DNA of 64,000 nucleotides from Octopus bimaculoides (GCF_001194135.2 NC_068995.1:56086166-56150165), one strand, 5' to 3'. Counted from the stretch's first letter, positions 40,758-55,395 are shown. The notes: generated from the letters alone by a model not told the origin. Program-made: numbers and translations.

Positions 40758-41390
40758 CTGTGTGTGTGTTAGCATATACGTTTTGTGTAAGTCTTAGGTG
40801 ATTTATTATGTTGTGTATCAATGCACATGTATACTTGCATGTTTGTGTGCAAATGTGTGTTTATGTGAGTGTATGAGTGTGTGTGTGTGTGTATGACCAC
40901 ATGGATTTGTGTTTGTATGCAAAATATGTATGTTTATATACTGTGTGCACAGATATGCTCCTCATACCAGCACACACACACACACACACATACATATGCA
41001 CAAATACACACACACACACACAGTGACTAAAGAAAAATAACTTTGTATAAAGAGAAGACAAACGGAAGATAGTAGAAGGGAATCGACCCCGTCCCCCCAC
41101 CACTACGAAAAAAAATTAAATAAATAACAGACACAAAAAAAAAACTTTAAAAAAAATGAAGCAGAAATTAAAAAAAACTAACAACAGCAGAAACAAAAAT
41201 ATAACATATACTGAAAAAAAAAACAAATAAAAATAAAAATGTAAGAAAACAAAGGAAGAGAATTAAAGAATCGACCCCCTCCACCGCTCCCCACCATACC
41301 ACACTTTTGAGATCTTTGCTGCTTTCAGCAGTAAAAAAGAAGGGGGACAAAAGGAAAAAAAAAACAAACAACATCCACAATAACTAAAAG

Positions 41391-41421
<31 letters not shown>

Positions 41422-41639
41422 TAACTGTTATATGTAAAAAATACGTAAAAAAATAATATAAACAACAAGATGAGGGTGAGTAGAATGTTTGTTTGTTTGT
41501 TTTTTTTTGTTTTTTTCGGTAAAGTGTGTGTATGTCTTTGATGTTAGCAGCCACATCAATGTCTTGTAGATGATGTCTTGGTCAGCCTGCAGCTGAACTT
41601 GTTTTGCAGATAATGGCAGAAGAGAAGGATGCAGAGAGG

Positions 41640-41688
41640 ATTGGAACATATTCTTAGGAGGAGAGAAAAGTGGGGGGGGGGGAGAGAA

Positions 41689-41721
<33 letters not shown>

Positions 41722-41769
41722 AATGATAGGCTAATAAGAAAGTAAAAAGAGTGGGAAGAAGGCTTACGG

Positions 41770-41809
<40 letters not shown>

Positions 41810-42254
41810 GGAGGGAGTGTGAGAGAGGGGGTGGGTGGAATAATGCTGGTGAAACAGAAAAGATAGAGAAGCTGCTATTAAGAAAGTGAAAGTAAAGGAG
41901 AAAGAGAGAAGGAAAAAATCTAATGGAAAATGAGAGAGAGAGAGGGGGAATCAGAAGAGAGGCATAAGAGAGAGAGAATGAGAAAGGAGAGGAGAGAGAG
42001 GGGGAAGAATAATACTTATGGAAAATGAGAGACTGTGAGAGAGAGAGAATCAGAGAGAGGAAAACAGAAAGACAGACAGACCATCAGGTAGGCAGACAGG
42101 AGGGTGGGAGTTCAGAAAATGTGAGAGAGAGAGAGAGTAGGAGTGAGAGAGTGAGTAGGAGAATAAAGGAATTGGAGACTGAGAAAGAAAGGGAGAGAGT
42201 AATGGAGAGAGAAAAAGAAACAGAGCATGTTTGAAAGACAGGCTGCAAGTGAGT

Positions 42255-42301
<47 letters not shown>

Positions 42302-42320
42302 CAAAAGACATACATGACTA
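41640..42320. repeat. Polypurine (AG)n-rich tract; similar at 19920-20150 and 25530-26050
   Basis: Visible directly. Confidence 0.9.
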
Positions 42321-42557
42321 TAAGTGACAGATAGAAGGGAGGTTTCCAACAGGGTTGGGGGGGGGGTGCAAAGTCGGAGGGTGGGTATTGTGGACTATAG
42401 GTATGAAGTTGGGGGTAAAGAGGGTCTGTGTGNNNNNNNNNNNNNNNNNNNNNNNNNNNNNNNNNNNNNNNNNNNNNNNNNNNNNNNNNNNNNNNNNNNN
42501 NNNNNNNNNNNNNNNNNNNNNNNNNNNNNNNNNNNNNNNNNNNNNNNNNNNNNNNNN

Positions 42558-42588
<31 letters not shown>

Positions 42589-43955
42589 CATAGTAAGAGC
42601 ACAACTTTGAGAAAGTTGGGTGTTTTCTGTACTCCACATCTATAATATTTTTGATTATTAATGTACACACACACACACACACACATATATTTAGGCGCAT
42701 GCACACATATATGCCCACAAATATGTGAATATGTGCAGAAAATCCTTATTTTATTTCATGTATTTATTATCGTTTTTATTTTGCTTCTGTCATGTTTTTG
42801 CCAGATTTGTTACAAAATGAAAGCAAATAAAAGTATAATGAAGAAAACACACAAAATTATTCAACTTTCAACTAGTTGTATACCAAAGGCATCCATCTAT
42901 TCAACTGAAGCCATTACAATAGAATGACAGAGAGAAGCATGGAATGGCTGGGTGGGCAAGAGGCTTGCTTTTGAAAAGATGTAGTTCTAGGTTCAATTCC
43001 TCTATGTGCTATTATGGTCATGTATCTCCTATTACAGCCACAGGGTGACCATTATCTTTGTGAGTGGAATTTGGTAGATGGAAACTGTGTGTATGTATAT
43101 ATGCATGGCTGTGTGGCACGGAGTTTGCTTCCCAACCACATGGTTCTGAGTTCAATCATACTGTGTGTTCCCCACATATCACTTGGTCGTTGCCTTTGTG
43201 AATCCATTATTAAAATTCCAATATCCTATGAGTAGAATCCAGCAGTCTTTGAAATTGGTCATTCCAAATACAGAGTTTATATAGAGTGTTATTGAATCAA
43301 GGGTTTGAAGGTATTTGCAGGTAAATTTTTGTTAGGTGTTCCATTCACAAAGTCCTACCACATGATGCCCATGACTGCTCAAGGCGGTCATTTGACAGGC
43401 TAAAAGAAAGAATTAGCCAAATTTCCTTGAAAAATTCCATCTCCATCATTGAAAGAAGAACACATTTGGTAATATAAATATTGAGTATAATATACAAATA
43501 AATTGGGATTGTCAAAGCCAGAAAGCATTTGATTAGAGATCTGCATAATTAGGGCTAACCTGGGGCTTAAACTGACCCAATTTGTGAAGATACAATTCTG
43601 CTGACTAACGACTAACAAACATCTCAATGATTCTGGCCACATCAATCATTCTGTGAATGTTGTAGGAGTTTATTCAACTGGAGATATGAATAAGTTAATT
43701 AGAAACACTGGCATTACGATCCATCCATCCACACCAATGAGGCATGTCATCATAACAAGCCTGCTTAGATGGACTTTGCCACTGTTCAGTAAGGCAAAGG
43801 CAGCAATAAGGAGAGAGAGAGAGAGAGAAAGAGAGAGAGTGTGTGTGTGTGTGTATAGATAAACATAATTGAAAAGGGGTTGGCTGGTTGGTCAATGTAC
43901 ACCACACCACTCTCCTACCATTTCTAGCTTCAAATAACTTGCTTCTCTGCCCCCA

Positions 43956-43993
<38 letters not shown>

Positions 43994-44304
43994 AGAGAGA
44001 GTACTGGATTAATCAGTAGCCACTGTCACTGCCATTTCTGTTCTGGTCATCATAGTCAAAGCCCCTCACTGTTTTAATTATTGAGAGGTGACAGACACAG
44101 AATTGCATTTGTGTTTTGTTATTGGCCAGTTGTGGACGAATACTCATTATATTTGCTGAGCCTAAACAAAAACCCTGTCACAGAATGTAAAGCACAGAAA
44201 GCAGTGTTTAGTAACAGAGTGAAAAAGCAAGCAATAAATAGAAACTACTGAGTAATCATAAAATAATGGCGATGATGATGAGGATGATGATAAAAATAAC
44301 AATA

Positions 44305-44769
44305 ATCCTTTCTTATTAATCTAGGCACAGGCCCTGAAATTTTGAGGAAAGAGGTTTGTTGATGACATTGACCCCCAGCGCTCAGCTGGTATTTATTTTA
44401 TTGAGTGTGAAAGGAAAAAAGCAAAAAGGTGACCTCAGCAGTATTTTTAGCTCAGAACCTGAAGACTGGCAAGAAATTCCACCAAGCATTAGGTCCAGTT
44501 GCAGAGTGCAGTAATAACCCTGCCTGCTTGCTGTCTTTAATAATAATAATAATAATCCTTTCTATTATAAGCACAAGGCCTCAAATTTGGGGGAAGGGAT
44601 TATGTTGGTTACATTGACCCCAGTGCGTAACAGGTACTTATTTAATTGATCCCGAAAGGAGGAAAAGCAAAGTCAACCTCGACAGAATTTGAACTCAGAA
44701 CGTAGCGGCAAACGAAATATCAGTGAGCATTTCGCCCGGCGTGCTAACGATTCTGCCAGCTCTCCGCCT

Positions 44770-44770
<1 letters not shown>
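44305..44770 (-). mobile_element. Two tandem SINE family C copies flanked by (AAT)n
   Basis: Each starts on plus with taatcctttct...gcaca.ggcc.; (aat)n lies between them and after 44770. Confidence 0.85.
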
Positions 44771-44819
<49 letters not shown>

Positions 44820-45443
44820 TGTGAATATTTAATTCATTTTTTTATATATGTCAAAACCTCAAGTATTCACATCAACTTCATTATCATCAACACTCTTTCC
44901 AGTTGAGTTTTTTCTTTTCTTTTCTTTTTATATTGCAGAACTGCAGTTGGTTGCAGTATTGCTTGCTGCTGAAGTTGAATTATGAGTGGACTCAACACCA
45001 CCACCACCACCCTCCTAATCTACTCTCCCTATGGTGACCCCTTTTTGCATCCCCTTCTCTATCACCATCCTGCAGTTGTTGTTTCGTTGCTGCTGCTGCT
45101 GCTGTTGCTGCTTATTTGTTTGTTTGTTTGAATGTTATCTCAACACTTCATCTTCTCCTTAATCAACGTCACTCGTCAGTCACTGGGTCGTCGTCATCAT
45201 TTGTTGGTGTTGTTGTTGTTGAGGTCACTGATGGATCTAGAACACACACACACACAGCTTTAGCAGTTGACGGGGCTGTTATGAAAACGGACCTCAATTA
45301 CTAAGTAGTTGTCAATGACATGGTCAACACACAGAACAATATCACCACTGACGGTCTGTCTGTTTGTCCATTAGTGGTTAGATATTCTGACGGTAACGTT
45401 GGTGACAGTAGCAGAACAATAAAAACAAAAACAAAAAAAGAAG

Positions 45444-45581
45444 CATATGGCTGTGTGGTTAAGAAGCTTGCTTTGTAACCACATGCCTTCAGGTTCATTC
45501 CCACTGCGCAGCACCTTGCACAGTGTCTTCTACTGCAGACCTGAGATGACCATTGCCTTTGTCAGAAAGTGGGTGGAAGCC

Positions 45582-45620
<39 letters not shown>

Positions 45621-45660
45621 ACAGTCACCTTGCCTTGACTTTGCTAGATGGTTGTAAACG
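45444..45660 (+). mobile_element. SINE family A, degenerate
   Basis: catatggctgtgtggttaagaagcttgc...ggttcattcccactgc. Confidence 0.7.
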
Positions 45661-46679
45661 AGTGTCACTGTCATGCAAGCGGGGTCCTTCCTTACCAGTA
45701 TCCCACAGAAATATTTCTGGTCAGGGGGAAACTGCATCTGTATGAGAGATGCAGAGAACAAATAGCAAATATTTATTAAAACAAAATGTGGGTCTTTCCA
45801 AGATTGGAGATGGANNNNNNNNNNNNNNNNNNNNNNNNNNNNNNNNNNNNNNNNNNNNNNNNNNNNNNNNNNNNNNNNNNNNNNNNNNNNNNNNNNNNNN
45901 NNNNNNNNNNNNNNNNNNNNNNNNNNNNNNNNNNNNNNNNNNNNNNNNNNNNNNNNNNNNNNNNNNNNNNNNNNNNNNNNNNNNNNNNNNNNNNNNNNNN
46001 NNNNNNNNNNNNNNNNNNNNNNNNNNNNNNNNNNNNNNNNNNNNNNNNNNNNNNNNNNNNNNNNNNNNNNNNNNNNNNNNNNNNNNNNNNNNNNNNNNNN
46101 NNNNNNNNNNNNNNNNNNNNNNNNNNNNNNNNNNNNNNNNNNNNNCAAACCAAAGATAAAATTACAGAACTTTAGGGAGAAGGACAATTTACTTAAGAGC
46201 TGCTCAAGAATATGTAAATCGTCCCTGCTGATAAACCCTTATTAAACCACAAGCTCTTTTCTATGTATATATTTATACATAAAAGGAAAAATACAAAACC
46301 AAACAACAAAGGAATGGTGTAGTGGGGAGGTGGTGGTGGTGGTGGGCGAAGTAATAACGAACAGTTATATTCGTTTATTATTTCAATTCCAGATAGATTC
46401 ATTTTGATGTCAAGGGATTTTTTTCTTTTGTTTTTATATTTGCTGCATTTTATTTTACTTTATTTTTATTTATTTATTATATCTTGGCCCGTTTCTTGTT
46501 CGTTTCTGCAGTCATGATAGCCGTATTCAAATTGGGGGATTTTGTCTTAAATGCCCTGCTGCCTTGCAGACAAGGTGAACACATAAGGAAGAGAAAAAAA
46601 AACAAAAAACGAAAAACAAAAAGAACAAATAAATAAATAAATGACCATCATGACCAATGAAACAAAACAAAAGAATATA

Positions 46680-46980
46680 TTTTTTAACTGATGATGATGG
46701 TGATGATGATGATGATAATGATGGTGATCATAATGATGATGGCGATGATGATGCTGACAATGACACAATTAGCGAAATTATAATGATGATGATGTTGATG
46801 AAAGTGATGATGATGATGTTGATGAAAGTGATGATATGATGTTGATGAAAGTGATGATGATGATGTTGATGAAGAAGACAACAATGACGACGATGATGAT
46901 AGCAATGATGAGAATGAAGATGACGATGGTGAGATGATGATGATGACGATGACAACAGTGATGATCACAATGCCAGTGAT
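46680..46980. repeat. (GAT)n trinucleotide low-complexity tract; similar at 28255-28490, 35620-35790 and 36560-36860
   Basis: Visible directly. Confidence 0.9.
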
Positions 46981-47372
46981 AACGGACAACATCCCGGACG
47001 CAAGCAACAACATACAATCCCCAATGCCTCGCAGCATAAAAACGAAGACAGAGAATAACGGTGTATAATCTCAATGAAGGAGAGAAAACGGATGACCGGA
47101 GGGCGAAGAGAGTTGATTATTAGAGAACAGTAGTGAAAGATTGTTAATTTGATGTAGAAACAGTTTAATGCTTCGAGATACAAGTTCGGAAACAATTTGT
47201 CATTACTGTAGATGCATACACAAATATCGTTGCGGACGTAAATAAATAAACCTACATATGTATAAGATGTATGGCAGGTGCAGGTATATACAATTTTTTT
47301 GGGGTTTACTACTTTGCACATGGGGGGGATATTTTGTGTGTGTGCGTGTGTGTGTGTGTGTATGTCTGTATA

Positions 47373-47409
<37 letters not shown>

Positions 47410-47526
47410 ATGTGTATATATATAATTATGTAGATATATGTATACATAGGCATATGCATCTCTCTGTTCCTATATATCTCTATATTTAGACACAAATTTC
47501 TACAGGTATGTATGCCTGTATGTGTG

Positions 47527-47601
<75 letters not shown>

Positions 47602-48449
47602 ATATACACACAGACATATGAATGCATACACATATGTATATAATCATCATCATCATCGTTTAACATCCGCTTTCCATTCTGGCACGGGTTGGGTGGTCTG
47701 ACTGGGGACTAGTGAGCCAGATGGCTGCATAGGCACAAAGATACAAACACACATATCTGTGTGTCAGTCACACCTCCCCACCACCATGTGACAGTAGGTG
47801 CTGGTTTGTTTATGACCCCTCATCTTAGTTGTTCAGCAAAAATAACTGATGGAAGATGAACAATTACAAGAATCAAAAGAAAGGCTATAAGTAATTGGGG
47901 GTAGTAATGCCCTAACATGGCCACAGTCCAATGACTGATAAAAGATAAAAACCAAAGCATGTAAATTATTCCACAGCAATGAAAAATGTTCTTGTTCTTG
48001 TTATGGGCAACGTGTGGCGCACACAGGACTTTCTGAATGGCACACCTAACAAAAAATTACCTTGAAATGTTTTTCAGCAGTGTGGTTCCATGCAGCCTGC
48101 TTTTTCAAAAAGGTTACCTATTCTTAGACTAATAACACTGGTTAATTATGACAAGTTAAAATTTATGCTTGATTTCTTAGATTCGTTCTGGTTTTGGAAT
48201 CATAGACTGGATATTCTCCTTGCTTTATGTTGCATGACATCCTCATTCCATTCCCCCATTGAATGTTATAATTCATGCATCAAACTATTTCTCTTATGTA
48301 CTTTTACTTTCATTTTCTATGAAATTGAGGATTCATAAATTATTTCAACATGGCTTCTACTGTTTTCCTGTGTTGAATATTTTGCATTATTTTGTAACGC
48401 TTTTTTAAATTCATTTATTTCTGTTCACAATAAATTATGTAATATTAAA

Positions 48450-48487
<38 letters not shown>

Positions 48488-49322
48488 ACAAGGTAGAGAT
48501 ACATAATGAATGAACTGTCTGCTAAAACTCATGCATATTATATCATCCAATTTTCTAGCTACTGTCATGCGAGCAAGCACATTCATATATACTTGTATTG
48601 GTTACTTGAGTGTGAAGCACCTTGCTACGTGATAAGAACCGATGGCTGCAAGCATGGCTGTGTGGTAAAAAGTTCACTTCCAAACCATGTGCTTTTAGGT
48701 TCAATTCCACTGCATGCAATGATGATGAAGAAGAATCAGCCTGACACAGTTCATAAGTGACAAATCTGCACCTCAGAATTACATGTACAATCCTACCAAA
48801 GAGATTCTATATAGTTTCCATCTACCCAATTTCACTTACAAAGCCTGCAGAAATCCTAGATTATAGAAAATGATGTCTACCCAAGATGCCATGCAGCAGG
48901 ATTGAACCTGAGAATTGATGACTACAAAACCGACTCCATAACTATTCAGCCATATATTGATGTTAACTATATCAAACCAGGTCTCCTTTAAAATCTACAA
49001 TACAATCAGAGTAACAAGATCTTCCAGTATATGCCTCATCAGTTAAAAAGAAAAAAAAATCAATTATAAGATGGATCAGATCTGCAAAATAGCAATCTTA
49101 TTAATTTAATTTCTGACAGAAATTGTTGCAATTTACGGAGCCAATTTAAATATTACAGAACACATTTCAAAATTTGTTGCCATTCTTCTTCTGGAAACTT
49201 ATTCTACTTGAATAAAACAGACATGTAGTTCTGCTCCCCAACTCCTAACATTGAACCTACAACATTCACATACTCTTGTTATTCTCAGTTTTTATATTGA
49301 TATATCGATTTAGCTGTATATA

Positions 49323-49950
49323 CAGGGTGTGATGGGTAAATTGTCGCCATTTTATATTTTTAATTTCCTGCATGTGCATTGTTTGTTTTTGATTTTATTG
49401 ACTATACAATATAGTAGGGTCAGTTGGGCACTGTCTGTGAGAAAAACAACACCAAGATGCAATTCACTCTGCCAGAAATTTGGAAATGACATGCTTCACT
49501 GCTTGGCATTCACACCAGAAGCTCCAATACAAACATTTCAGAATGTTTGGGTGTCGATCTGAGGACAGTGCAGAGGATTCGGAAAGAGTTGGATGAGTCT
49601 AATGGTGATTATGAGGGTACGGCAACTCGGAAAACTCACTCTGATCATTACAATGAGAAAAGAACTCCTGAATTTGTTGGTGAAATCCAGGCCATCATTG
49701 ACAACAATCCCTCCAAGTCAATCAGGTCCATCGCCAGGGACATGGGAGTGTCGGAGTTTCTTATCCGGCAGGTAGTGCATGAAGACATTCGGTATTCCTC
49801 ACACAAGATGGGAAAGGGCTAATTTTTATCCCAAGCCATCAAGGAGAAGAGGAAAAACTGTGCTCCAAGGCTTCTGAACAAACTTAAGCATCCCTTCCAA
49901 CTGAACATGCTTGGTTTTTCTCAAATGAGAAAGATTTCTGCCGGGATCAG
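49323..49950 (+). mobile_element. Tc1/mariner superfamily 5' half (maT/DD37D-like), pseudogenised and 3'-truncated
   Basis: TA followed by CAGGGTG terminus. ATG at 49457; HTH-like LGVDLRTVQRIRK and NPSKSIRSIARDMGVS; two in-frame stops; frameshifted WFFSNEK (approximates FSDEK). No right TIR seen. Confidence 0.85.
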
Positions 49951-49959
49951 GTGACCTTA

Positions 49960-50600
49960 ATTACTAGTAATAAAATCCGTAGATTGTAGGTACCCTAGCA
50001 TATCTTAATACTACTAATACATATAAGTGATCATATTTAGCAACAGATACTGATGACTGTAATTTTATATAATTTATCTCATCTATAATTTAATTTACTC
50101 AATTTGCTTTTAGCCTAAGGTAATATATTTATAATATTAACTTCATCCTCTCTAGTAATGGCATGTGTAATTCTTTAAAATTTATTATAATCCTATAAAT
50201 TCTTTAAACATATATTAATATCTAAGGCTTTTATTATTCTTTATAATTCTCACAAATTCTTTTAACATGTTCTTAATATTCCCCATTGTTTAAAATTATT
50301 ATTATTGGAATGATTTAACCTTTCAAGTGAACCTTATATGATTTCAATTGATCTGCTTTATTCTCAATAATATTGTTAGTTAATAGATATGTTAGGATTC
50401 ATTTTTCATTTTCTTTATTGGGAATATCTTCCCTATTATTTCTGGCCTTCCAACTCATAACTTAATTACAACTCAATAACTGAACTCCCTAAATTTTGTT
50501 ATTTAACTAACATAAATTTATATATTTATGTTGACATAATTATTGCCTAAACTACTTTCAATAATCTAGTATACACATTTATTTGTTGGCAGAATTCTGC
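49960..50600 (-). mobile_element. Possible very old L1/Tx1-like LINE ORF2 relic
   Basis: A-rich minus strand. At 50106-50161 it translates to ITREDEVNIINILP*AKS, resembling recalled L1 ITGSEIVAIINSLPTKKS; the rest is unrecognisable. Confidence 0.35.
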
Positions 50601-51529
50601 TTCAAGCATGCCATACAACACTTCATAATGTTTTTGATTAGTGGAGAATTTTCAGAAACCTCTGCAAATTTGTGTTCTACACACAGGAATTCATGACTAT
50701 GCAAAAACCAACAACAAAAAAATTTTGTGTGTGATTTAAGGGCTATTTAGCTCTTGCTTTTAGCTTACCTCATGACCTCCTCATACCTGTGCCACTTATT
50801 TGTCAGTCTGATGTGTTGATGTTTTCCAATATCTTTCTCCCTATAAATACATTTAACAGTCTATTGTTTGGACTTTAGCCAAAAAAATTCAGACTATTTG
50901 TATTTTAAACTAATTTCAACAAAAAAAGAAAATTTGAAAAATTAAAACAAAATTGTTGCCATAGTCATGTGATTTCTTGCGTATAGAATACAAATTTGTA
51001 AAAGTTTTCTGAAAATTCCAAAAAATAAAAAACGTTATGAAGGTTTTTATACGATGTTCTTAAAGTAGAATTCCGCTTATTTGTTGATGTCAACGCTATC
51101 TTCCTATCAATGTGTTGACCATTTCCTCCATTTCATTTATCCAATTCTGTTTCTATTTAAGTATTTATAGGTGATGATTGCTAATTCTATGATTATGGCA
51201 ATCTCAATAGAGTCTCATATTATTTTCTTTTCCTTCCTTTCCTTCTTTTCTCTCCCTCTCATCTGAATTTTTGCAAAGACCTTCACTATTTTCTGTTATT
51301 TTCCCATAAGTTATTTTTCCTGAATTGTAATTGGTTGGATCTTCCTTAATTAAAGCTAATATTCTATTAGTTCTGCAATAATTAATTGAAGCACTTTAAT
51401 TGAGAGGAATTAAGTAATGCTGGAATTTATCAACCATGTCACTCTTTAATGTACCAAACAATATAACTCAGTAAATGTTTTTTTTTTGTTTTTTATTTTA
51501 ACAACATCAACATCTATCTGCTGGAACAT

Positions 51530-51830
51530 CTATCTGGCAAGTATCTTCTACTATAGCCTGGGGCCAACCAAAGCCTTGTGAGTGGATTTGGTAGATTGGA
51601 AACTGGAAGAAACCCATTGCGTGTGTGTGTTTCTGTCCCCCACCACTGCTTAATAAAGGTGTTAATGTGTTTATGTCCCTATTACTTAGTTGTTTGGCAA
51701 AAGAGACTGATAAAGTAAGTATCAGGCTTAAAAAAGACAGGTCCTGGGGACATTTCATTTGACTTAACATTCCTCGAGCCAGTGCCCCAGCATGGCCACA
51801 GTCTAATGATTGAAACAAGTAAAAAGGTAA
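51530..51830 (+). mobile_element. SINE family A, 5'-truncated
   Basis: aagtatcttctactatagcc...gagtggatttggtagattggaaactg...tgaaacaagtaaaa. Confidence 0.8.
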
Positions 51831-51870
51831 AATATAAAGAGTGTATGTGCACATAAATATATATATAATG

Positions 51871-51907
<37 letters not shown>

Positions 51908-52496
51908 TATATACACACGTATACATGAAATATACAATGACTCAGCATAGTCACAAGCCACTGCTGTAATTGAAGTAAATGTATGTATGTGTATGTCATT
52001 TGTGTGTGTCTGTGTTATGTCTGTATGTGTACGTACACACACACACACACGCACGCACGCACGCACGCATGTTGCTGTATGCATGATATGTGTATCTGTA
52101 AATATCTCTATATAAATTATATGTCAATCATAGAAAGGATTTTATTAAATAAAACACACAGACAAACCTAGACATGGGGACACACACATCCTTAGATATT
52201 CAGAAACACACAAAACGATTATGATTTTATCTCAAAATAAATTAAAACCATCTTTCTACTTGCTAGAGAAGCAAGTGTATAGAGTCAATTATGTGTGTGT
52301 GTGTGTGTGTGTACAGTAAACTGTTATTTAATCTACTTCATAGTTTGATGCAAGTATCTCATGTATATCTACAATCTTCACTGCCAGAAGAGTTGAACCA
52401 AAGGATGATCACAGATAACCATTTACACTCTACATGCTGAAAGCTTCACAGGGATTTTACACTCTAGTTATATATGTTTGCTTCATACATATACAT

Positions 52497-52740
52497 ATCA
52501 TCATCATCATTTAACGCCCGTTTTCCATGCTGGCATGGGTTGGACACTTTGACTGGGAACTGACAAGCCAGAAGGCTGCACCAGGCTCCAATCTGATCTG
52601 GCAAGGTTTCGACAGCTGGATGCCCTTCCTAACGCCAACCACTCCAAGAGTGTAGTGGGTGCTTTTTACATGCCACCAGTATGGGGGAGCCAGTCAGGCA
52701 GCATTGGCAATGACTCATGCATGAATGGTGCTTATTGCAT
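52497..52740 (-). mobile_element. RTE 3' tail (further copies at ~47643-47730 and ~62667-62830 on minus, ~63285-63382 on plus)
   Basis: catcatcatcatttaacgcccgttttccatgctggcatgggttggac...ggatgcccttcctaacgccaaccac. Confidence 0.78.
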
Positions 52741-53221
52741 GCCACATATATATACATACATATATGGCATGTGCCGTACATATATAAATTATATATATAT
52801 ATTTATACACATACATATATACACATATACATGTAAACACATTCTGAAATTTGGGTGTATATCTGTGTGCAGATATGTACCTGAGTGTGTGTGTGTGTGT
52901 ATTTCTTCTGGAATAAGATAAATGTATACGTTAAGAAAACTATATTAGTAGTGATAGGTCTCCTGCCATTCTCCCTCTCCCTTCTCTCTCTCTCTTTCTA
53001 TCCCCCTTTCTTTCACTCCACAGCCGCATAGACGTAAGTACTACGTTTATCTAGCAAAGACTCTATTGAGTTGTTTTAGTTGCCCCCAGAAATTAATTTG
53101 CCAATGGCTGGGGGTTATATTCAGCAAACTGTACCTGAGGTGATTAACTTCTTTTAACAGCTATTTACATTTAGTTTTTTTCAACATCTGATAGCTTGGA
53201 TAATACAATGATACAGTGATA

Positions 53222-53287
<66 letters not shown>

Positions 53288-55152
53288 TGTCTGTCTGTCT
53301 CTAACTCTCTCTATACACACACGCAGAGCATTAATGGTAAATTAATGCAGAACTTTCACCTTCTGTACCCTGGCTATAAATTTTCATTTGTACCAAACAT
53401 CATAGCTGCCCATTAGGTTGTGTACCAACAAATTTACACAGAAACCGAGAAATTCTAGGTTTTCTGAAGAAAGAGCAAAAGAAACTGACATGGATTCTCC
53501 AAATCCAATCCATTGGTGGCACAGTGAAGATCTGTAAAGCATTCCAAAAATTCTGCATCTGAGATTTTTACATGAATAGATGCACATACTTGGGTGTAAA
53601 CATTTTTCAACCAACACACTTACTCAACCACATATTTACAAACACTGAGAACTCTCTTAACTCAAAAAGTCTTGTCACTTTGTTAGCAACCAGTTTGAAT
53701 TCTTTTAAGAAGAACTTACCTGAAATTCTAAGAAAAAAAAAAACACACAAACACACACACATCCTTATCTATAGAATTTGTGTATTGAACATAGCTGTCT
53801 TCTGTTTGCCTCTGAACTTAGCAAAGAATTTATTTGAACTTGAATCTGAACAGAATCCTATGACCTAAGAACATGCAAATGGGATACGATAGAAGTAATG
53901 GTGATGAGGGAAAAAAATAAAAAGACCTGCTACTTGTGCAGCCAAATAAGTTTAAAAAGTGAAAACATGAACCACGGCCATAAAGTTTTGGTAGACCATT
54001 TTTTTTTTTCATTCTTACAGCTGAAATGTACAATAAACTTTAAAATTTTTAGGATTTCTTTATTTTTTTCCCCCCAGAAAACCTAGAACTACTTTGGACA
54101 ATACACATGCTGTTGGGCTAAATATAAATAAAATGTACAATAACCACACCATATGCTTGTCTATAATTACACACACACACACATATATATATATATACAT
54201 ACACATACATATATATATATCTGTGTGCATGTGTTTGTGTGTATGTGTGTGAGTATGTGTGCACGTGTGTGCGAGAGCTTTCCTGCATTCATTGATATGT
54301 TCCCTCAAAGTTGTCTTTTTTTAAGGCTTTATGACCATTTCTTTTACTGCAAATTACTTTTATTTATTTATTTACTTTGTTTTCTGAAGTTAGATGTGTT
54401 CCTGATTCTAATCAATGACCAATCAATATAAATCAATAACCTATACAACAGAAACCTCACAACACCTCCTGGTTCCTAACAAGACCGAAGTATAAAGTTA
54501 TTATTATTATTATTATTACTAACGTTATAATTATTGTTACTACTACTACTACTACTGCTGCAAAATTTTTACAAGAGAGATACAAGGTGGAAGTAAGTGT
54601 ATATCTCCCTCTTTCTTGCTAACTAACATACAACCAACCAGCTGTTGTCCAGTTGGCTAGAATTTCTCTAATTCTCTGACAAGAAGAATTGCTGTCTTTA
54701 AGCCCAGCTTTCTGAATTTGATTAAAAACAGATAAATAATAAAGAAATTATGATGGTTAACTTCCAGTTCTAATCCATTCTTATAATCAATTGTGAAATA
54801 ACCTTACCAGAAACTCTACATCTAAGCTACATATCCTTACATTAATATCTTCTTGGAGGCAGATATCTTCATCACCATCATTAGATTAACTGAAGAATTA
54901 ATTTACCTTCAGTAATCATCCAACAGACTGTGACGAATATAAGTCTGTAGGAATCAGAGTTTGTAGCCAAGTCTTCAGATTTTAAAGCACTTTTGTTGGT
55001 GATATTGCAATTATGATTTAAAGTATAATGATCTCGTTTTTGTGTATAGAGAGTCGGATGAAGGCCAGCAAGCCCTGACTTCGAAGTCATTGTCACCATT
55101 ATTCTTGTGAAAGTACAATAAATATGTATTCTACAAAATGTGTTCATGTGAA

Positions 55153-55395
55153 GGACACATGGCTCAGTGGTTAGAACGTTGGGCTCACAATCATGAAGTA
55201 GTAAGTTTGGTTCCAAGGCTGGACTGCATGTTGTGTTCTTGAGCAAGACACTTTATTTTCATGTTGCTCCAGTTCACTCAGCTGTAGAAATGAGTTGCAA
55301 CATCACAGGTGCCAAGCTGTATCGGCCCCTTTGCCTTTCCCTTGAATAACATCAGTGGTGTGGAGAGGAGAGGCTGGTATGCATGGATGACTGAT
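55153..55395 (+). mobile_element. SINE family B-related copy with a different 3' part
   Basis: tggctcagtggttag...cttgagcaagacactttatttcatgttgctccagttcactcagctg. Confidence 0.75.

Noticed and set aside
48061-48117. In-frame 57-nt cassette candidate (VTFLKKQAAWNHTAEKHFK) in the long WDR4 intron
   Set aside because: Purine-rich weak acceptor, and it would split the conserved SG-DG turn of a WD40 blade.
49950-50700. NUMT (mitochondrial insertion)
   Set aside because: AT-rich, but I could not read any mitochondrial protein or rRNA motif; a weak L1-like motif fits better. BLAST to mtDNA would settle it.
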